Assembly (NCBI RefSeq): GCF_036588685.1
Contig: NC_086379.1
Location: 55,924,001-55,988,000 of the forward strand
Reading direction: 5' to 3'
DNA length: 64,000 bases
Origin: Mytilus trossulus
Lineage: Eukaryota
The notes beneath the pieces were generated by a model. It worked only from the letters and a program-made list of their open reading frames with translations, did no database searches and had not been told where the DNA came from. Numbering within the stretch: the stretch's first letter is position 1; each line of letters begins with the position of its first letter. Made by a program: the position numbers and the translations under genes. Shown here in pieces: positions 54,960 through 64,000 of the stretch.

Positions 54960-57900
54960 TGTTAGCGGCAATAAGTGAAATTAGGCATTAAGCTGAAATC
55001 CTAGGCAATAAGCTAACGCCTAGGCATTAATTCTATTACCTAAATGATGTTAGACATTAGTCTTAATTCCTAGGATTTAAGCTTATATCCTGAAAAATGT
55101 AAGCAGGCATTAAGCTTAATGCCTAAAATGTAAATGCGAGTAAATAAAAGACATTTATTCATTTAAATTAAAATACATTTGGTACATAATAACATTATGA
55201 AAACTGTGGCCTGTTTATCGACACTGTCTCAACATTAGTCCTATGAGATATTCTTAGGACAGAAATTATGATATAGTTAGGATCGACTAACAACATTTCT
55301 CAGCATGCTGCATATCGAAGCTATCTGAGGATTGTATTAGCTGGGATGTCCGAAGTATTGGCGTAAAAAAAAAATAGCAAATGAAAATATTGTATCAAAT
55401 TCAACCAAAAATTTTAATTAATTATTAGAAAATAATTATTAGTTTTAAATAAAAAGTTATAAATAATGTTTATACATGTATTATAATTGTAGATCTAAAC
55501 TCTTTAAAACAAAATATTAAAAAGTAAAAAATTATGACTACGTTTTATATTAGAATTGAACAAAATAATTGTAAATAGTTAAAATTAAATATATAATCGG
55601 TAAAATCATTTTATGTTTTGAGGGACGTCACAGTTCCGTACTTAAAAGATCATATGGAAATACTTCAACTATTTCATTTTATTACTGCAAAAAATAATAT
55701 ACGTTTGAAAATGAGCAGAAGAACAAACTTGAGTTTCACCGATTTTAACGATGCAAAAGTACAGAGCCCAGTGTCACCCTAAATATAAAAAAAAAGATGT
55801 GGCATGATTGCCAATATGACAAATCTCCACTAGAGACCAGAAATAAATTCCCTAGTAAAATATGTTATTTATATTAAAATGCATCAAATAATATTTTAGA
55901 AATATAAAAACTTGATAGAAATTAGTGTTGGAAAATCTCTTTGTTATCACAAATTGTGGAACTATTCACAAAGATAATTTAGTTATCCAATAAAAAGCCG
56001 GATGCTCCGCAGGGCGTAGCTTTATACGACCGCAGAGGTTGAACCCTGAACGGTTGGGGCAAGTATGGACACAACATTCAAGCTGGATTCCGCTCTAAAT
56101 TTGGATTGTGATTAAATAGTTGACACAGCATAGGTTTCTGACACAGAATGAATGTATTCAAATGAACTTAAAATTTTTGTTTTCTCTTAGAGCAATTCAC
56201 TATGCTGTTGAATATTAATCCTCTCAAAAAATGTTTGAAGAAATTTTCTTTTTATTTATGAAATTTCAAATGAGAAAAATTGAACCCAATTTTTTAATCA
56301 CATCCCCCTTTCCCTTATTCCAAAACTAATTTCAATTAAAATATTCTAATGGAGTTTGCAACAATTACTACTCATTTAAATACATCATAAAATATTAAGA
56401 TGTAAAAAAACTGCTTGTTATCACTGAATGGTAAAGATTATTTAAATTTATCAGTTGGTAGTAAAAAGTGAATATACATTGTATATTGTATATAACAAAG
56501 ATTTAAGTTGATTCTGGACAAAGAAAGATAACTCCAATTAAAAAAAATTCTTGCAGATATTTCTTGCTTACTATACTGGACAAAGAAAGATAACTCTTAA
56601 TTAAAAAAAAAATTGCTATTTCACAATATTGTGAAATTAGATATTTCTTGCCATTGCACAATACTGTGCAATTGAAAAGACTTGCTATTGCACAATACTT
56701 AATATAATAATTTTAGATCCTGATTTGGACCAACTTGAAAACTGGGCCCATAATCCAAAATCTAAGTACATGTTTAGATTCAGCATATCAAAGAGGCCCA
56801 AGAATTTAATTTTTGTTAAAATCAAACTTAGTTTAATTTTGGACTCTTTGCACTTTAATTTAGACCAATTTTAAAACTGGACCAAAAATTAAGAATCTAC
56901 ATACACAGTTAGATTTGGCATATCAAAGAACCCCAATTATTCAATTTTTGATGAAATCAAACAATGTTTAATTTTGGACCTCGATTTAGGCCAACTTCAA
57001 AACTGGGCCAATAATCAAAAATCTAAGTACATTTTTAGATTCAGCATATCAAAGAACCCCAAGGTTTCAATTTTTGTAAAAATCAAACTAAGTTTAATTT
57101 TGGACCCTTTGGACCTTAATGTAGACCAATTTGAAAACGAGACCAAAAATTAAGAATCTACTTACACAGTTAGATTCGGCATATTAAAGAACCCCTTTGG
57201 GCCCCTTTTTCCTTAACTGTTGGGACCAAAACTCCCAAAATTAATACCAACCTTCCTTTCATAGTCAAAAACCTTGTGTTTAAATTTCATAGATTTCTAT
57301 TTACTTATACTAACGCTATGGTGCGAAAACCAAGAAAAATGCTTATTTGGGTCCCTTTTTGGCCCCTAATTCCTAAACTGTTGGGACCGAAACTCCCAAA
57401 ATCAATACCAACCTTCCTTTTGTGGTCATAAACATTGTGTTTAAATTTCATTGATTTCTATTTACTTTAACTAAAGTTATTGTGCGAAAACCAAGAATAA
57501 TGTTTATTTGGGCCCTTTTTTGGCCCCTAATTCCTAAACTGTTGAAACCAAAACTCCCAAAATCAATCCCAACCTTTCTTTTGTGGTCATAAACTTTGTG
57601 TCAAAATTTCATAGATTTCTATTAACTTAAACTAAAGTTATAGTGCGAAAACCAAGAAAATGCTTATTTGGGCCCTTTTTGGCCCCTAATTCCTAAAATG
57701 TTGGGACCAAAACTCCCAAAATCAATACCAGCCTTCCTTTTATGGTCATAAACCTTGTGTTAAAATTTCATAGATTTCTATTCACTTTTACTAAAGTTAG
57801 AGTGCGAAAACTAAAAGTATTCGGACGACGATGACGACGCAGACGACGACGCCAACGTGATAGCAATATACGACGAAAATTTTTTCAAAATTTGCGGTCG

Positions 57901-58438
57901 TATAAAAAGGAAAATGATGTGATAAAAAAAATCATATCTTAATTTGGTCTACTTTTGACCAGTTCAAACCAGCTTGACTAATGAAGTGAACAAATTTTCA
58001 AATAAATATAATTATAATTATTCTATAGAATTATTCTTTTTCAATTGGATACAATTACATTTTTTAAGTCTTTTTGATACTTGGTAATACCACACAAACA
58101 TGAAAAAAAGTATGAGTTAATTCTAAATTGCAATTGCAAATTACTAAATAAACTTACTTAATTCGAAGATCTGTCAAATGAATGTATATTTATAAATGTA
58201 GAATTAGAAATATAATTAAGAAACGACTCTATATCAAGAATAAATTACCCAATATGCATAAATTCCAGAGTTTACTTATTGCCTAAAATTATGTTCGGCA
58301 ATAGGATGAATAATCATCATCAGATTTAAGGTAATAAGCTTAATGACTGAAAATTTCAGACAATAACTTAATGCCTAGGCGTTAGCTTACTACCTAGGAT
58401 TTAAGCTTAATGCTTAATTTTACTTATTGCCGCTAACA
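54960..58438. mobile_element. Ginger-like non-autonomous DNA transposon (TGT...ACA, 4-bp TATA TSD)
   Basis: ~70-bp imperfect TIRs TGTTAGCGGCAATAAGT... / ...ACTTATTGCCGCTAACA; TATA at 54956-54959 and 58439-58442. Confidence 0.75.
55988..57908 (-). mobile_element. Second Helentron-associated element, nested in the Ginger-like element
   Basis: Subterminal inverted repeat TTTATACGACCGCA / TGCGGTCGTATAAA, (GAC)n microsatellite, and two internal tandem arrays of roughly 150-160 bp. Confidence 0.7.
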
Positions 58439-61400
58439 TATACATTAAATATAGTTTACCTATTGCTTATAGAATCTAAAATACAAACTTAACCAGGAAA
58501 ACTTACATTGGCCAATGAACTATGAAAATGAGGTCAAGGTCAGCTGATACCTGTCAGACAGACATTTACACCTAAGATTCCTTAAATATGACAAATATAC
58601 TGTAGTTGACCTATTGCTTATAATAGTTAAAGAAAAACAGACCAAAACACGAAAAAATAACACTGAGCAATGAACCATATAAACGAGGTCAAGGTTAAAT
58701 GATAATATTTATGTACACCAAATATAGTTGGTCTTATCCTATTGCGTAAAGTATTAGAAACAGGAATGTGTCCCAAAAACACGGATGCCCCATCCGCACT
58801 TTTATTTTTCTATGTTCAGTAGACCTTGAAAATGGGATAAAATCTCTAAGTAGACAAATTTAGCATTAAAATTAGAAGGATCAAGTTGAATGAACTTTTT
58901 CAAAACTTAACCTCAACCAAAAACTTTAACCTGATATGCGACAGACAGACGGACGGAGGAATGAACAGACGGACAGTCGCACAGACCAAAAAACATAATG
59001 CCTGTAAATAGGGCATAAAAATTGAGAATGTATCCCGATGCTTGCATACATTATAAAGGGACATAACTCAAGAACTATTAAAGTGACGGTACCCAAATTT
59101 GTACTTGATCTGAATTATGTGGTAATAAGTATTGTGTATAGGTTTCAAGTTTGGTTGGGGCAAACTTAAGAAACAGAACAGAAACTGAACATTTTGCAAT
59201 TTTTCGATTTATAAAGGGACATAACTCAAGAACTATTAAAGTGACCATACCCAAACTTGTACTTGATCTGAATTATGTGGTAATAAGTATTGTTTATAGG
59301 TTTCAAGTTTGGTTGGGGCAAACTTAAGAAACAGAACAGAAACTGAACATTTTGCAATTTTTCGATTTATAAAGGGACATAACTAGATAATGGCCAAAGT
59401 GACCCACCAAAATTCAACTTGATCTGTGTTTTGTGGTCATAAGCATTGTGTAAAAGTTTCATAACATTTGTTTGAGGCAACTAAAGTTAGAGAATGGAAA
59501 CTAAACATTTTGCAATTTTTCCACGCATAAAAGTTAATGTGACACCACCACAATTCAAACATGATCTGTGTTTTGTGGTAAAAAGCATTGTGTTGAAGTT
59601 TCATATTTGGTTGAGGCAAACTCAAGTTAGAAAATGGAAACCAATTTTGGGATGTATAGGCATACAGACAGACAACGGTAAAACTTAATGCTCCCTCCGC
59701 TACGGTGGTGGCATAAAAAATACCAAAGCACAAAACTTAACTTTGACCTCTGAACCATGAAAACAAGTTTAGGTCAGATGACATCTGACAGTTTGACATG
59801 TACACCTTACAATTATTTCATACACCAAATATAGAAGACCTATTACTTATAGTATCTGATATATGGACTTGACCAGAAAACTTAACCTTGTTCACCGATT
59901 CATAAATTGAGGTCCAGGTCAGATAAAAATGGTCTGACACGCATGAGGATCTTGCAAGGTACACACATACTAAATATATAGTTATCCTATAAATCATAAT
60001 AAGAAATTAACATTACAAAAAACTTTTTTTTTCCAAGTAGTCACTGAACCATGAAAATGAGGTCAGGGACAATGGACAAATGACAGACTGAAACTTCATA
60101 ACATAAGGCAACTATATACAAAGTATGAAGCATCCAGGTCTTCCACCTTCTAAAACAAAGCTTTTAAGAAGTTAACAAACACCACCAGAACACTATCCCC
60201 ATGTTGAGCTTTCTAGGACAAAAGTTGCAGTCTGGATAAAAACCTATCCCCGACCACTGAATTTATGAAACAAAAGTTAAGGAAAAATGAAAACAGCCAG
60301 AATTGCATGTATACCAAAAAATCATTCCATGCACCAAATAAACCATTAGTTGACCTCCTGGTAAAGTCTCTCGGAAACTGATCTATTAGTGTAACTTAAA
60401 CCTTTATTGATCCAAGAAATTTGGTAGCTTAGGTGAACCCTGTCTGACAGAGGTGTAGACCTTGCAAGGATCTTATATACCAAATAAAGTTGTTCTATGC
60501 TCCAATATAAAGGAAGAAGCTGTCATAGAACCATGAAAATAAGGTTACGTACAATTGACAACCAGAGACTTTGTATCATACGGTATCCGTATACAAGATT
60601 CTACCCTCTGAAATTTAAAGCTTAAAATAAATAGTTTTTGTGACTGCTGTCTGATAGTAATCCCTATATCTAGCATTATGAGACTTTCATTGCAGGGTAG
60701 ACAAGTCTTAACTGAGGTTTTGAAATGCCGGTATGGTCATCTGAATTTCTCTAGACCAAAAGTTGTTGTTAGTTGACGTGGTTCATAATTGTTTTTGTTT
60801 TTTATATAGATCGGACCATTGTTTTTCCAGTTTGAATTGATTCCCATTAGTCATTTCTGGGGCCTTACTGTTTGATGTGAGCCAAGATTCTGTGTTGAAG
60901 GCTGTAGTTTGACCTATAATGGTTCACTTTCACAAATTGTGTATTGGATGGAGAGTTGTCTCATGGGATCCATACCACATCTTCTTAATAGATAGTGATT
61001 TTGAATTGGTGGTCTGCAATCTGCTGCAAACAGAAAGTATACCGGTTAAGGGGATCGATGTGAAAATGTATCAAACACTTAAGCTAACCATTATGAAGCT
61101 TGGTACTAAATATAAAGAAGCTTTAATTTGTGAATGTTGAGAAAATATGGCTTTCTTGTAATTGCATCAGCAGTATATAAATGTCAATTCTGAATGTGGT
61201 TTCCAGTGAAGCTTGCCAATATTAGGCTTAGGACCAAATATAGTGAAGCTTTGATCTGTAGTTGTTTGGAAAACCATTGAAAACATTTCTGATTAAAGCT
61301 TTCATCAATGAACAAAACATGTAATGATGTATGCAGCAACCAAAGGTAGATTAGTGGAGCTTGGTTCTAAATAACAAGAAACTCTGAATGGTAGTTGTTG

Positions 61401-63332
61401 AAATAAATGTTGAGATTTCACTGGTTTTTCGTCTTCATTATGTTATATAGACGTGTGATACAGTTTACAGAAACCACAACTCAATAACATTCAATTAATC
61501 CAAAATCTGAGGAGAAAAATCATAATTTATTGTTTTAAATGCACAGTCCACGTGATACTATTTACAATCTAACAAAAATATAACATGGTAACAGTTTTGT
61601 GACAGCTCTCTCTCACACATACAAGTTAAATATCACATTGCATCACAACAGTCACATGACACGCTCCTCAATCCATGTACAACATAAGAGATAGTTAGAA
61701 ATGAAGAGTTAAAATGCATCCACATATAAAAGAATGTTTGTTCAACATATTTTTTATCTGTTACAAATCATTTAATATGATAACTTTAGTTACTGTAGAA
61801 ACAAAAGAAAACAACAGTAAATGGTAAAATGCCAGAGTAAGATATCAATTGATAAGGCACATTTGTAATCCTGAAGTTACACCGGGAATATGCCACCCTT
61901 TACATCAACAGATAAAAGTTTCAGACCAGAGAAAGAACAAATATGGTAAAACATCCTCTAAATGTATTTGTTTTTACTTTTAAGGGAGTGAAGCGACTAT
62001 TTCAAGGGAGATAATAACTTGCATATTATTTTAGGCTACCAGTAATTTTTCCTAAAAGTGTGGAATGGGAAATTATTTGTTACAATTACAAAACAAGTGC
62101 TCATACAGGCAAAGCTACACATTAATTTTATGAGGTAACTCCTTCGGTCAATCATTTCAGAGGTTCAAAATATCAAATGAAACTTATTTAGTGAACACTT
62201 TGTTCACACATAATTTAACAAAACTGTGAACTGTGAAAACCCTTTCCTATTTGAATTTGTGTAGACTGGGGAGATCCAAATACATGTGGTGTCAAGACTT
62301 TCATGTCAAATAGAATATAACCATTTATTCAGGTAGCCAAATTTTGGGATTTCAATTGCAGTGAATAAAAAAATAAAGGTAAACTTGTGTCCAACAAATG
62401 TAAGTACTTAGAAATTATCTCTTTGGGTATCTCAAAATATACTATTAAATTTATCTCCTCAAAACTTGGGCAAACCAATCATTTCACAACTGACATCAGT
62501 TATTATAATATAAAAATGCTTTGAGGTATTTATTTCTTATTTCAAATATATCAGCTGTGATATAAACATACATACTGAAACAATAGTGTGTAGCATCCAT
62601 TTCAATTTTAAACCTTAGTATCAAATTCCAAATAAGGTCATCAACCAATCACTTTTTTGCTTTAATTCTTTTTGGAAGCCCTCAATACATCGGGGAGCGT
62701 CGAGAATATATGCCCCTTTCTTTTAACAAACGAGTTTTTGAAGCCTGATAAATAACTAAAGATTCTATAATATGAAATACTTAAAAATCTTAAATAAAGC
62801 TGTGTTATAAATATAGATAGTGACAATTACCAATCCTGTACATGCAGTTCGTATAAATTACATTGATTGTTTTAACTGAAACGCAGTGAGTTTTTTGTGA
62901 CTTGAACCAAAAATTCATTTCTCAAAAATGTTTCTTAAGTACTGGTAAAAATTCATTTTAAAAATTCATAAATGTATGAAAGTATACAAGATGCAAAGGC
63001 TTTCAAAATGTGTATTAGTAGAAATTAGAATGTAAGATAAGAAATAAAGAATAACACATACTAATACTGCTCTTTGCCAAATTCCCATCAAGGGAAAATT
63101 TTGTTCTTTTACATCAAAAAAGACACAAATATAAAATACAACTTAATAAATAAATATTTCTTGCATACAACTTGTACTTTCTCTCACACAGATCACATTA
63201 TAACCTGACCTGAACATGTTTGTGATTAACTATGTACAATGAATGCATAACTTGAAACACATCACCGTGGTCCTCGAAATTCAACAAATTATACACAAAT
63301 ATTAAAAATGAAATAATTTAAGTTCTACAACA

Positions 63333-64000
63333 TTACCTCCTCATCATTCCATTCATATTGTTCAGGGATGGCGGGAGGCTACCGTTAATGTAACTGTATG
63401 CGTACATATTGTTCGACTGAGAAGGTTGCATGTGTTGAGGAAAATGTTGTTGTGCTGGGTTCATATTCATGTTCATGTTCATATTCATATTTAACATTTG
63501 CATTTGCATTGGTGGAGTCTGACCCAACTGATTAAGTGGAAACCCATGATTTATATACCCTGGGTTTATCATAGGCTGCCTCATACGATAACTGTCCAAT
63601 AAATTACTATAACCCGTGATCATATTAGATCCTGGACGAATTGTCACATTAGGTGTAAATGTCATATTAGGATTAACTGTCACATTTGGACTTTTTCGCA
63701 CAGAAGATGAACGCTGCCTTTGAGTTGGTTGTTGTTGATATTGTTTATATGGTCCAACAAGTCCTGATGAATTTTGCTGGTTTGGAACGGGAGGTGTTGT
63801 CATGCCTCGCATCATAGGAGGTGGAGTCATGTTATGAGGAGGAGGTGGTGTAAGATTTGGGGGAGGAGTCATGGTATTATTGGGCATGAGATCTGGAATT
63901 CCATTTGTTAATTGCTGCAGTTTTGCTAGATCACAACTAATGTTCTGAGGTGGATATGGTCCAGGGCCACTGTTCTGTCGACTTACAGATGGTGGCTGTT
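63333..64000 (-). CDS. KAT6: Histone acetyltransferase KAT6A/KAT6B (MOZ/MORF), C-terminal Ser/Met-rich domain, last exon (partial)
   Basis: Frame is open to the window edge. Contains LAKLQQLTN, MTPPPNLTPPP, Met/Asn-rich runs and a terminal ...MMRR*, hallmarks of KAT6A/B C-termini. Candidate distal minus-strand AATAAA at 61526-61531. Confidence 0.85.
   Translation of the reverse strand, partial: QPPSVSRQNSGPGPYPPQNISCDLAKLQQLTNGIPDLMPNNTMTPPPNLTPPPPHNMTPPPMMRGMTTPPVPNQQNSSGLVGPYKQYQQQPTQRQRSSSVRKSPNVTVNPNMTFTPNVTIRPGSNMITGYSNLLDSYRMRQPMINPGYINHGFPLNQLGQTPPMQMQMLNMNMNMNMNMNPAQQHFPQHMQPSQSNNMYAYSYINGSLPPSLNNMNGMMRR

Larger units (their letters stand above)
54430..60240 (-). mobile_element. HINE-like host element split by nested insertions
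   Basis: Pieces ~54430-54955, ~58443-58755 and ~59720-60240 are colinear with the intact copy at 41634-42725. Confidence 0.7.

Overview
AT-rich, intron-rich eukaryotic DNA from a marine bivalve (the repeat families look like Mytilus; inference). Six protein-coding genes were reconstructed exon by exon. (1) The 5' three exons of NUBP1 (-), head-to-head with (2) a complete tektin-3/5 gene (+). (3, 4) Two complete 7-exon galactokinase (GALK1-like) paralogues in tandem (-): one canonical but using a GC-AG intron, the other with substitutions in the sugar-binding loop. (5) A PRXL2A/FAM213A (SelU-family) gene (+) whose redox motif is read through an in-frame TGA (RRPG-U-SLC), with a canonical SECIS hairpin about 1.7 kb into its 3' UTR, making it a predicted selenoprotein invisible to the ORF track. 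(6) The last coding exon of a KAT6A/B histone acetyltransferase (-). Non-genic DNA holds a ~356-nt retrozyme-like unit with a type I hammerhead ribozyme, Penelope-like and LINE relics, many MITEs, a foldback element built from palindromic repeats, a 66-bp dimeric satellite between the GALK paralogues, and a multi-level nest of Helentron-like and Ginger-like elements. No prokaryotic systems, CRISPR arrays, rRNA or tRNA were seen.
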